A stretch of DNA of 59,345 nt, filler included, from Sphacelaria rigidula (taxonomy: Eukaryota), in the NCBI GenBank assembly GCA_964200075.2. It is 6 parts of 6 records of this genome, joined end to end, with 100 filler letters (N's around TTAATTAATTAA, not from the genome) between each part and the next. Parts side by side here need not be neighbours in the genome. Positions count along the whole stretch, not along the records: positions 29,725 to 39,531 come from CAXNAA020007718.1; positions 39,632 to 49,438 come from CAXNAA020007719.1; 4 more parts are not named here. One strand, written 5' to 3'. Shown piece by piece: positions 35,801 through 46,760 of the stretch. The notes beneath the pieces are model-generated. The model worked only from the letters and a program-made list of their open reading frames with translations. It searched no databases and was not told the origin of the DNA. How positions within the stretch are numbered: the stretch's first letter is position 1; each line of letters begins with the position of its first letter. The position numbers were made by a program, and so were the translations under genes.

Positions 35801-38446
35801 GTCGTGCCGCAGGAGGTACCCTTTGTTGGACCAGATGCTTCTATCACCCAGGGCATATATGACGGGTATAATGTAAATCTATGGGATTGAAGCTGTATGT
35901 TTTTACGGATCGGTTTTATTATCGCGTGGAAAATTAGGTAAAGTGATTTACCTGACACCACACTTCAAGGACTTACGTGCGAATATGCACGAGTCATGCG
36001 TGATATGTTGAGACTCTTGCAATAACCAATAACTATGAGTTTAGCTTGTATTTCCTCGCGTCATCCTTCCGTTGCAGACCTACACGCCCGATCAGAAGGA
36101 GATGCAAATACTGAGGGACATCTGCGGCTGGCTGAACGTGAACTCCATGCGAGCGGAGAAGGTGAAACAGGAGACCTCGAGCACACTGTCACCGGTTGTT
36201 GCATCTATTCAAACGTGCTTGCTGATGCTACCTCTCGTGACTTGTTAAGAAACTATGAAAGCTTGTCCAAAAGCAACACCCGGTGGAAAGATGGAGGGGA
36301 GAGAGAGGCAGGGAATGTTGTGAAACAAGATACGGTACGCGGATGATGAAGTTAGTTTTTTGCTGACAAGGCTTTTGTTTGAACGTCAGAGTTGAGTGTA
36401 ACCTGCATTCAGCTCTTGCATAATGGAGAATATTCAAAGGTTTCTATTGAATTAATGTGTTGCCTGTACGTGGGAAACACGCGCACTTTGAGGTAGCGGA
36501 AGAAGCCCTTGCAGACACCGTTTACTCTCGATAAATACCACCTCGTCGACTTGTAAGTGTGTCAATATCATGTGCTGCCGTGTCATGTACTGCTCGGCAC
36601 GATGCGTCTTCGAGTCCGGCCGACATACATGACTGGTTTTTGATGTCGAAGAAGGTTGCAGGTTTCGAACGACCGGCTAAGCAACTGCGCGAAGTTCGTT
36701 CGCTGCAAACCTGGACGACTCAGACGTGAACTGCTTGCGATGTACTCCGCCTTTTTACGTGCGCTGTAGGTCCAATGGAATTTATTGATGGAGCAGCAAG
36801 CCGGCAATGTCTGGAGGAAACGAGCGTTCAGTGCAATGAAGGCAGCCCACGAGCAATTCGGTAAGGATGGCGCTGCTGCGGACAGACTGCTGGGATGTCT
36901 CGATACCTTCCGAGAGAGGGTGGACCACAACGTGGAGAACACCGTTCCTGCAGGCTTGGTAAGTTTTTCCTTGTTTTTCTCCCTCGGTTTTTTCATTTTA
37001 GTAGCACGTCTCTCTCTGTCTTGACGGTTTCTTTTTCATGTTTCATGCCGTTTCAATAGTGTGCTTTCGGCGGAATATGCATGTGTTACTATTACTAGGT
37101 GCAGACGCGCTGAATCGCCCGCACGATGTTTACTTTGTGCTCTTGATCCGGCGACATTTTCCCGTTTTGTGTTCCGTGCGCTGTGTGCTGTGTTCAGAAA
37201 TTCTCTGACGAAATCATGGCCAAGGTTGCGGAGGCGGAAGGGCGGGGTCTCATACAGGACACCAAAGATCGACAGGTGAGTCTGCACTTTTCTTGATATC
37301 CATTTTCCAGTTTCGAGTTTTTTTCGTGGTTGCAGTGTTGCGCCTGGGTGAGTTTGTCTGTGTGCGTGCGTTATTGGGTGGATCAACACCTCCTTACGTC
37401 GCGTCATGTGCGACAAGCTGCTTCTAGCTTGGATCTTCACCTTTGATTCACGCTCGAGAGGATCGAATGGTGTCATGCGGTGCGCTCATGCGTCGCCTAT
37501 TTGCGGTGCAATACGGTACATTAGAACGAGTGGGGTGGAATGCGCATAAAATTTAGAGTAAGAAAACCGAAAGTCCGCACGTCTTCGGCGTGCGAGGTGT
37601 TACACTAGCTAGACGAGGGTATTGCGTTTGCTGCAACGCAACGCAGTTGAACAAGTAAGGTAGTCGAATCGCAGATGCCCACACGGTTTTGGCGCAGGCG
37701 GGCTAGTTGAATGTTCTGCATGTCACTGGAGTTGGCAACACGGTACTATTCGAGCACCCTACGTCGTCTGGCTTGCATAAAAAAAGCCACGGAAAGACCG
37801 AACGATTTCTGCGGTGAATTAATGACGCTATGCAAACAATGAAACCCGCAGGTGCTAGCAGAAATACGCCGGCTGGTGGTGGAGTCTGAGGCGCAACATC
37901 CTGTCACGAAGAATGGCAACGGTAGTACGGGAGCGCTTTCTTTCTCCGGCGGCAGCCTTGTTAGCGGGGGTCCTCAGTCACCCCGCCTTTTGAGAAGGCC
38001 CTCCAACCTCAAGAAGTCCGGGTAGGTGCCCTGCTTACGGAAAAAGCATGGCCTCAGTGTTGGTGGCTGAAGTCAGCTTCCTCTGCTTGCTTCCATGGCC
38101 TGTGGTCGCTTGCTGCTTCTGGTTCTACTCGACTGATTTTCCCGGTTTTGTGTTGTCATTTCACGTTGTGTTTCATGAGTTCGTTTATTTATTCGTCCAT
38201 TTACTGCTAAGCCGCTGTTCTGTGAGTTGTAAACACTTGTCCGTGAATTTCAGCCTCTCTTATTTTTCTTGATTTTCCGCATGCATCTCAGGCCGAAGGT
38301 GTTGGTTGCAGAGGTGATGTTCGAGTACAACCCTCAGCACGTTGGCGACCTAGCGCTGGCAGTGGGGGACAAGGTAGAGGTTACCCGGAAGGGCGATGAT
38401 GGTTGGTGGATGGGAACACTCAGAGGAGCTACCGGGAACTTCCCAG
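29801..38446 (+). CDS. Large DUF3645 (DUF3638-family) protein with SecA/SF2-helicase-like motifs and an SH3 domain; internal part of the gene
   Basis: Twelve phase-consistent GT-AG exons: 29801-29906, 30417-30629, 31224-31444, 32129-32292, 32959-33159, 33702-33871, 35146-35363, 36078-36161, 36770-36958, 37198-37275, 37852-38021, 38292-38446. DUF3645 signature RKLLAVPFVGKDVPSRASEFSHPDVVIGLTILAY. Other motifs: LGFSGTPSDLLP, ALIDGGAL, FYDQVHTTGMDIK, YAQGAFRMRGIGKGQ. SH3: AEVMFEYNPQHVGDLALAVGDKVEVTRKGDDGWWMG...GNFP. Confidence 0.9.
34295..34370. repeat. 76-nt near-perfect foldback (intronic); diverged copy at ~57478-57556
   Basis: Perfect 26-bp arms TTCATAAAGCGAACAGTTTACCCATT / AATGGGTAAACTGTTCGCTTTATGAA, plus inner ACCAGTGA / TCACTGGT. 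Confidence 0.9.
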
Positions 38447-39164
38447 GTAAGAAAGGCCACGAACAGCACATACAGGTTGGCCATTTACACACAGTTGCAA
38501 ATGACGCAAGCACGAGTCCAAAGGAGATGTCAAACAAAAAGTGTAATTTTTAGTCGGGGGGCGGTCCACCGGTTGCTTCCCGGGCAAGGAAGAAGCAACA
38601 CTAAGAGTGGAGCTATACAGCACTAGGGTATATGAGGGTATATCACGGCATATCCCGATTGAAAACACGAATGCAAGGTGAACAACACCAAATTCGCGCC
38701 ATATTTTGACGTCAAGCTTACCAACCTAATTGACGTCTTCAGTTGGACGGGGAATAGTGTGCACTGCTCTTGTGATCAACAACAGGGGTTAAGTGAGCTT
38801 CGACGATACCGCGAGAACGGACGCACTCCTGCTGAAGAGGGTCATCGTTCATGGGACGTACTCTGTAGTGTCCCTTTCCATGAAGGACGCGTTTTCCCTG
38901 CGTTTCCCGGGAACCCACGCGCAGAGTTGAAACTTCATCTAATATGCCATTTTGCGCTCTCTCGCTGCCCCCCTTCTGGAATAAGATACCCTTACCCTGG
39001 GAGTATGTAACGCGTTCGGTCATATAGATGAATATGCCTCAGCGTTATACTATCTAATGATTTACTCGAAGGAATGCAGAAGCTGTCAGGATGAGCGCGC
39101 GATGTTGGAAACGTGGCGATGAGCTCGCTTGACTTTTGAGTATATATTTAATTTATCGCACTTT

Positions 39165-39440
39165 GAACCCCTTCCCTTCCCCGGGACGAGTCCGTGATGT
39201 CAAGGGATCAACCTATCTCTGCCCGGTACACGCCTTGCATTTGGTCTCGCGGATTGGGACAGCACTCCCGCACCGCGTTAACTCACATCAAACATAGTCA
39301 AGTACTTTGTTTACTCACGTTCTCACGCTTTCCACGGTGGAAATCAGATATCCCGAAGAAACAATCCACCGCATCGGGAATCGAACCCCCGTTCTCTCCA
39401 CCCTAATGATGACAGTCGGACCATTGCACCATCGGGGCGT
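39165..39440 (-). mobile_element. tRNA-derived SINE-like repeat (family B)
   Basis: Minus-strand B-box GGTTCGATTCC at ~39377-39387. The body is shared with 3200-3500, 11245-11710 and 49300-49438. Confidence 0.65.
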
Positions 39441-39531
39441 GGCGGCGATAGTACAAACCTTGCTGCCCACAGAGGACACTTTCTACGATAGCCCCCCCCC
39501 CCCAAAACAGCCAAAAGTGTACCGAAAAAAA

Positions 39532-39631
39532 NNNNNNNNNNNNNNNNNNNNNNNNNNNNNNNNNNNNNNNNNNNNTTAATTAATTAANNNNNNNNNNNNN
39601 NNNNNNNNNNNNNNNNNNNNNNNNNNNNNNN
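39532..39631. other. Artificial linker
   Basis: N44-TTAATTAATTAA-N44. Confidence 0.98.
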
Positions 39632-41953
39632 CTGACCACAAAGGGGTGTGTCGCAAGGTGATGGGGACAATGTCCAAGGCCACAAATGGCGGGCGGCGGT
39701 TGCTACATCCTGTTGAAAGTTCTCCATCGCGATTGGTACTGCTTGATACATGTGTACATTGCCTGATGCGCACAGCACCCCAATTATACTACAGACAGTT
39801 TGTACCTGAAGATAGGTTGGATGAAACTTTTGGTCTTCATCTAAGCCTGCCGTTACATACATTCGTTGATTTTCAGCAACATGAAGCCACCGTTTCATGC
39901 ATCTGTAGGACACGTCATTCCTAACCAGCCTCGTTGGTCGTTCTAGACGCCCAGTCCCAAAAGGGTTAATCAACGAGAAAAAAAATGGCCCAGATTTTTG
40001 AGCGGATGGGCACCTTTCCCTTGATTGGACAATCAACACGATATGCGGGGTACGGCCCAACTCGTCGGTGTCGTTGAGATACCGCTTTGAGAGCTTAAAT
40101 TCGTTTCTAGGCTGGCCCAGCTTGTACGGTTTGGGAGAGGTGTCCACGAGTGGCGGAAACGAACGAAGGGGCACATGACTTCAACGTTGCAGGCAACCAT
40201 GCCACATACCACCATTTCAAAGAACTATGCGAGACCCGCCAACATCGTTCAGTCGCAGCTACCAACTCAAACCTGCAGCATAGATGACGAGCTGAGCACA
40301 GGGATTCATGCGCTGCAGTGAAAGGGGACCGACACCACCGCTCTCTTGGCCTGATGCGTTTGTATTTTTCTTTCGTCGGCGAAAACTTGGGCATCTAATT
40401 TGTTTGTGGTTGTGTCCACCCACAGAGCTGCGTGTTGGGATCGGCGACCGAATTGCGAACATGCTCATGGACAGTAGAGGCAGTACAAAACTGCACGCGG
40501 TTCATCTCTTCTTCACATCGTTCTGTATCCAGAGAGTACAGAGCTCTGCTGTCAGTATGTCGCGGTATCTGCTTATTTTCCACATTGCGCCTGCAGGCTG
40601 TACGGGACAAACGTGCATACTGTTCAGAGTACCCGGTGTAGACAATACAGGCAGCACTGTACTGTGCCGTATGTGCCGTCTGTATTGCATACTAGCAAAG
40701 AAGTACCGCTTCACGATTTTCGCTCAGCTTTTTCGATCCAAAGCGTGCACTTTCGCTCGGACCCAGACATGTCCTCACGGTCGTATTTTCTACTCTCAAT
40801 CTCACGCAAGTTATAGTTTTCCAAGGGTCTGTCGAGACGAAATTGTCGGACACGGAGGCCTTTCCCCCCCCCCCATCTCGGAGGGCAATCTTTCGAAAAT
40901 TGTCGCGATTTTTTTAGATTTGCTTTCGTGAGTTCTTCGTGATTGCTTTGAATCTTTTGTTGAAATTGTTGAAAGTAATTGATCAACAAACGTCACCAGA
41001 AGCGAAAATTCTGGCGGGCTTTGCGAAGTTCGTATATTTGCTTCTGCTCCTGGCCCGCCCTGTCTCGATGACCTCGAATGCTGGCAACACTCACACACAT
41101 CTATGTACAATACACGAGCGCACGGTAGCGACAGCCTGTAGCCAAAGTAGAAACATTATCTCAAGCCTCGCCAAATTTGTCGAGACTACTAGTGGTGGGT
41201 AGTCGAGGCACACGACACGGGAGATTATCCCATGCAGCATGTAATCATGTTAGGTGATGAGCTTGGAGGGGCGGTGTGTCCGTCATCTCAGCAGTCTCCA
41301 TGCCATGGATCTCTGTACACGGCAGCTGACCGCATCCGCCAACGCCTCGGTATTTAACTAGGGGACAGCAGGCTAGGTGCCCCCCCTCAAAAACTCGTTT
41401 TATTTTTTATTTGGGGGCCTACGTGTCCCGGAATACATTTTTGACGTACCCTTGAGTTTCCCCCTGTTTTTTGGTAACTTGTCCGTTTGTGTTTTTCAAC
41501 GATGATGAGGTGTCCGGCAGAAAATAACTGAAATCGTTGGGAACACGCCGTGACCAAAGTCCCCTCCGTCATTTGACAACAGTGCATTTAGAATTACCCC
41601 CGATTCTGTTTTGTTGGTGGTACTGCTCATTTGAACAATGAAGGACACGTTGCTTGCAGGCACAGAACGGAAACGAAGGACGTTGTGTTTTATGATACGT
41701 ATAAAACAGAAGATGCGGGTATTCCCTGACGACGGTTTATGGGTCGTGGGTATGACGGTACCTCACCTGCTCATCCGTTGCACCCGCAACATCACGCAAA
41801 GGGAAAAGAGTTATGCCCTACAGCAGGCATGTGTAGTACTGTGTGTAGTGTTGTAGTGTTGTAGTGTTGTAGTGTTGTAGTGTTGCACACCAACTCAAAT
41901 GGGCTTGATTTGACTGTTGGATACGCGTCCTGACTTCCAGTAGTTCGCAATAA

Positions 41954-42645
41954 CACTTTGGCCGCGAGGGTAGTCGACCTGGATCATGCGTACGTGTTAC
42001 AAGGTGAATTGACGCCGACCCAATAGATTATCCACTTTCTTTCGCCGTCTCAGGGTTAATCCTTCGACAGCGAGGGTAGGTTATCTGGTGATTCGGCGAC
42101 AATTTTACTCTAAAAAAGCATGCGTGATGATTCAGATGAACTACCCTCGTGGTCTAGTGATTAACCCTTTGACTGCGAGGGCAGGTCACCTGCTGAGTCG
42201 GCATCAATTTCACTTGAAGATTATGCGTGATCCAGATGGACTACCCGCAACGTACGGTCTAATGGTTAACCCTTAGACCGCGAGGTTAGTCTTCTACTGA
42301 ATCGGCATCAATTTCAAGTGAAAAAAAGAATGTGTGATCTAGATAGACTAATCTCGTGGTCTAAGGGTTAACCCTTAGACCGCGAGGTTAGTCTTCTGTT
42401 GAATCGGCATCAATTTGAAGTGAAAAAAGTATGCATGATCCAGAAAGACTAATCTCGCGGTCTGAGGATTAACTTAGACGGCGAGAGCAGGTCATCTGTT
42501 TAATCGGCATCAATTTCACTTGTAAAAAGTACGCATGATGCACATAGACTGCCCCCGTGGTAAGGGCGCGAGTACACGTACGAGTAGTCCATCTGAATCG
42601 CGCACACTTTTCCAGGTGAAGCTAATAATGCTGATTCAACGGATC
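41954..42645. mobile_element. Array of seven ~98-bp TTAA-flanked piggyBac-like MITEs in mixed orientation
   Basis: Units: 41954-42055 (F), 42060-42160 (R), 42165-42265 (R), 42270-42367 (R), 42372-42468 (R), 42473-~42566 (R), partial ~42580-42645 (F). Single TTAA at 42056, 42161, 42266, 42368 and 42469. Confidence 0.85.
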
Positions 42646-42969
42646 AAATCAACTGATCATTTTTAATTACTTCCAACGCTTCCAAGCAGCAGGCGCCACT
42701 ATGAGTTTCTATTTCAATGTGAGCCATTTCGATGCACACACATGCACGACCGCAGGATTGGTCTGTGTTTGATTACAGCCGTATCAACAGCCCTGCAATA
42801 GAAAGCGCACGCACACGTAAGGTTTATCCATGTTTCGTTCTGCGCTCCAGCGCGCCCTGTTCCTGCAAATTGTTGGCCGAAGCAGCTGGTCCTCCACCAG
42901 CCTCCCGCTTTGCTGCTTCGCGTTGCCCGCATCACCAGAATTGCATGTGCTTGCTTTCGCCACCTCTAG

Positions 42970-43216
42970 GACTGACGAGGATGCCGGTGTCATCCTGCAA
43001 CCACATGGTAAGCACCACCCATGGCACTCACTGAAGCCTGTTATTGAGGGTGCCAAGTGGGCAAAATCTCCCGGACCATACTTTAAAGAGAAACTCAGAG
43101 CAAATGGTGGTGCGCCTATTTTCAAGATGCACCCGGGCCTCGCGAGCATCGCGTTAACGGACAACGCGAGTGCGAAATGGTTCTTCTCTCAGCCGGACAC
43201 AGTACTCGACCGCCAG
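42970..43216 (+). CDS. Exon of a probable CYP74-clan (CYP5164-like) cytochrome P450, N-terminal region
   Basis: TAG acceptor at 42967-42969 and GTATGC donor at 43217. The translation GPYFKEKLRANGGAPIFKMHPGLASIALTDNASAKWFF resembles the CYP74 N-terminal FFxxRxxKYxSxVFRxNxPP...IxLLDxKSFxxLF. The frame is open back to an ATG at 42830. No further exon was recognised in this piece. Confidence 0.6.
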
Positions 43217-43809
43217 GTATGCTGCCTTGGGTATCTCCAACTGTAGCTCTTGGGTTTGGGTTTGTGCTAGCAGTTACCGTTGAAGACTGGCGATCGGGCA
43301 CATCAAATGTGGGAAGGGGTGCTTCGAAGAGTTGGATGTGACATGCTTGTGTGTGCTAGCCTGTGCTTTTCATTGTGTGTGACATTTGCATCCGAGAGTG
43401 CCCATGGGGCTCAGGTAGCATCCCTTCTCCCTCACGTTTCTCCGCTGGTACATGGCGTTTGAGCAGCGGAGATAGATGTCCCACGGAATACCGACCGCAT
43501 TACTTGAGGCCCTGCATTCAAAGGCGGTACCTACAATGGCTGATTTGTTGTTTCGGCATCATTCTAATTAGCAAATGACTTCGAGGCCAAGATATCTCAC
43601 CCTGACCGCCGCAAAGGGTCAACACTCCACCGCCACGGTGGGGCAAGGTATATCGGCGCAGTTTGGTAGTCGAGGAATGATTGGTTCCCAGATCTTCGGC
43701 AAAGATCGAAACCATTTTGCGCCAGAACCTCAGGTAGGTAGACCACGGAACAACAGCTGTGCGAACGCTGTACAGGTAAATTTGAAGGCTGTTTGATTTT
43801 TCCTTACAG

Positions 43810-43992
43810 GAAAGGAGAAACCCGACCCAACACTTGCCCCGTCAGCGGGTTCGTGGGCCGATTACCCGGAGGCCCGGTTAGACTACCTCGCGGCAGTCGT
43901 GTGGGGTAGGCGCCTCGAGCGTTCGCAAGTTTTGCTCAAGGCCGTGCGGGGGTCCCACCCACTGAAATCCCCTGTCAACTTGGCTCAGTGCC
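43810..43992 (+). repeat. ~185-bp dispersed repeat (copy of 14475-14660)
   Basis: See the 14475-14660 feature. Confidence 0.8.
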
Positions 43993-44342
43993 TTTGAAAA
44001 TAATTCATCAGTCGTTAAGCCCAACCGCGCCGGTACCTTTTTGTACTGGGCTCTCGAATTAATGCATTACTAAAAGCCCTGCGCACATGACAGTTGTGTG
44101 GGGGGGTTGAAAACATTTCCCCCAGAATACCGACCACTCCGAATGTAGGTTCTCAAAACACTGACCTCGCCTTTAGCTCAAGAATAATGGATCGCATGGA
44201 ATGGAGGCAAAAAACGGAAAACTGGCACAAGCAAAACTGCGAGACCAAAACGCGTTCTCGCAACAACTGGGAAACTACCGGGCTAACCCAAGACTACTTT
44301 GCTTGATATTGGCCCACCCTTGCGGTTGGTAACTCTCAACCC

Positions 44343-45005
44343 CCAGTCAGCGCTGACTGGTCAACAGTCTAGTTGGTTGTCTCTTAAACCGCTGACTGGT
44401 CAGTAGTCTAGTTCGTTCTCTCTTGAAACCGTCACAAAAGTTAGCCGCTGGTTCGATTCCCGTCGAACGCACTTTCTTTGAAAAGAAAAGAGGAGAGAAA
44501 AACTCTGTAGAAAATCGGCCCCAAGGAGAAAAAACTCAGCAAAACATTGACCCAAAGAGAAAAGGGTGGGGTATAACCTGGTGCGCACAGCTGCTGCAGC
44601 ACAGGGACTACGTTTGAAGTTGACTACCACGGGCTCCAGTGCACACACTCTGGAAACGAGTGGGGGAAACGAGTAACTCGAGGTTACGATGAGAAGGGAC
44701 AACACTACAGCTCCTGATGGCAGGCGATAGAGCGCTGGCAAGGGCCGTCGCCCTCCTCGGAGTGAAAGTGACGGGGATCAAACCCCCACGACTAACCTTT
44801 GTGACGGTTTAACCCTTAGACCGCGAGATTTGTCTCTCTGGGTCATGCATACCTTCCACTTGGAATAATTGAATTATTCAATTGATGCCGATTCAATAGA
44901 AGACTAACCTCGCGGTCTAAGGGTTAAGAGACAACCACCTAGACTACTAACCAGTCAGCGCTGACTGGTCAGTAGTCTAGTTGTTTATTTTTTAAACCGT
45001 CACAA
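44343..45005. mobile_element. Cluster of tRNA-derived SINE-like heads (family A) in both orientations
   Basis: Head GCTGACTGGTCAGTAGTCTAGTT(G/C)GTT (A-box-like TAGTCTAGTTGG) ...ACCGTCACAAA...GGTTCGATTCC (B-box, 44450-44460). Forward heads at ~44352, ~44391 and ~44960; reverse copy at ~44960-44770. A fragment also lies at 30036-30070. Confidence 0.65.
44813..44923. mobile_element. Solo piggyBac-like MITE with perfect TTAA target-site duplication, inserted in a family A SINE
   Basis: TTAA(44809-44812) CCCTTAGACCGCGAG...CTCGCGGTCTAAGGG TTAA(44924-44927), a perfect 15-bp TIR. Uninterrupted single-TTAA versions of the host sequence lie at 30036-30070 and 44367-44391. Confidence 0.92.
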
Positions 45006-45701
45006 GCGATAGCGTGATGGGCGAAAAAAACGATCAAGTGCCAGGAACTACTCTACTAGTGAGACTGCTGGCGTATCGCTGTCTGGTCCTCTGGCCTAGG
45101 GTGATATTGTCTGCTTCTTTGGTACTCTTGCACCAGACCGGTCTCGCTCGCTTGGACAACACTCTGCGGCAGTAGTGGCGCCTTGGCTACACGAACCCTT
45201 ATACCTCGCAGTATTTTGTTTCTACTTCGGCATACGCCAAAGTATACCCCTCACAATTCGTTATCCGCCAAAACAAACCTCGTATTCTTACAGAAAACAG
45301 CCAAACGCGAACTGGCAATACCCTCGGTCCTTGTCAACCATTCTGTTGTTGGTTACGTACATTCCCCATCTCATGTACACACGCCCGCCTCATACGAGCT
45401 GGGCTGGCCGCAAACTGAAATTTCTTTCACCGCACGTATCTCAAGAATCGCGGCGAGTTAGCGCAAAGTAAACATGTACCTACAAGTCTTGATGTGCTCA
45501 AGTGTACATGGCCTTCAAATTGAAGACAAGGTGATGTGCCGAGAACATACTGCGGTACGTACAGGGCGAAACTGTACAAGAATGCGGCGGAACTAGTGTT
45601 TGACAATGCGGCGTGATTTTTCGTGCTCAAGGGTGCTGTTTGCCCACCACACGATTTTACATTGCGCATGCGAAACTTTCTACGATACCCCCCCCCAAAA
45701 C

Positions 45702-45918
45702 CAGTGTAATGAGTGAGAGGACCGCGTGCTTCGAAAACGGCATCGGAATTTGAACATCCCTATGGTTAGGGTTAGGGTCAGGGTTGATGTTAGGGTTATG
45801 GTCGGGGGCGTGGTACCTGCAGGGATTGACCCGATTGGTTTCGAAAAACATCTATCCTGAAGTGTTTTGAACTACGTCGCGGTCCTCTAACTACGCGGTC
45901 CTCTCACGCATTACACTA
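45702..45918. mobile_element. ~217-bp MITE with internal telomere-like TTAGGG repeats
   Basis: TIR CAGTGTAATGAGTGAGAGGACCGCGT / ACGCGGTCCTCTCACGCATTACACTA. GGTTAGGGTTAGGGTCAGGGTTGATGTTAGGGTTA at ~45764-45798. Confidence 0.75.
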
Positions 45919-46579
45919 GCCCAAGAGTTTCACGAAAAAAATCGTCAAACAACGCCTGGTGTTTGGGTTCAGGCTGCATGAAGCACCTCATAAGGTATTG
46001 GCGAGAACGAACCCAAGCGTGGAAATTCCCAGCTGGTCGTTGTGGTTGGCTTTTCCATTTCGATTAACGTGAAGATTTCGCCTCTCAAAGTCAGGCACCC
46101 TTTTTTTTGGGGGGGGGAGGGGGGGATATCGTTGAAAGTATCATGCTCCCCGCCACGACGTCAAGCTCACCGGGATATCAGCGATGGGAGAGGACCTATG
46201 TTCCTACCATATATGATATTACTATGGAGAAGTCGTGGGTGTTGAGGTTATGATACAACAATAGATCAAAGAAGAAGTATGCTGTCAGGTGCACCTCGCG
46301 ACCATTCGCCTGTCGTCAGGAGGCCAAGCGGGCTTGTATTCGTGGCATCTGAGTTGGGAAGTAGGGCATTTCGGGAAGCCCATGGAGGCGGGAAGTCTTC
46401 AAGCTGCCAAGCAAGCAGCAGGGTGTGGGTCGGCGGCGACTGCAAGCACATGGGATCCCACACTCCCACCAGGTGCCTGTACTGCAGGCATCACCGCATT
46501 GACTGCCAGGCCTCCTTTTGGAACAGTAATATAGCGGGAGCAGTACGGTAGTAGGGTATTGGAGTGTGCGGGACCTAGG

Positions 46580-46760
46580 GTGGACTGTGCTGTGCTGTGC
46601 TGTTCAGGACTGGACTGTTCTGGACTGCGCCGAACTTGACAGCACTATCCTGTTTTATACTGCACTGTACTGTTCTGGACTGTGTTGTACTGTACTGTCT
46701 CGTACTGTACTGTATTGCACTGTACTGCACTGTACTGTACTGCACTGCAGTACTGTACTA
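46580..46760. repeat. Degenerate (CTGTA)n pentanucleotide microsatellite
   Basis: Visible directly. Confidence 0.9.

Noticed and set aside
41954..42645. CRISPR-like array (palindromic repeats at regular spacing)
   Set aside because: The intervening sequences are homologous to each other rather than unique spacers, there are no cas genes, and a solo copy with a TTAA duplication shows the unit is a MITE.
44391..44470. Functional tRNA gene
   Set aside because: A and B boxes are present, but I cannot form a convincing cloverleaf and there are multiple decayed copies, so it is SINE-like.
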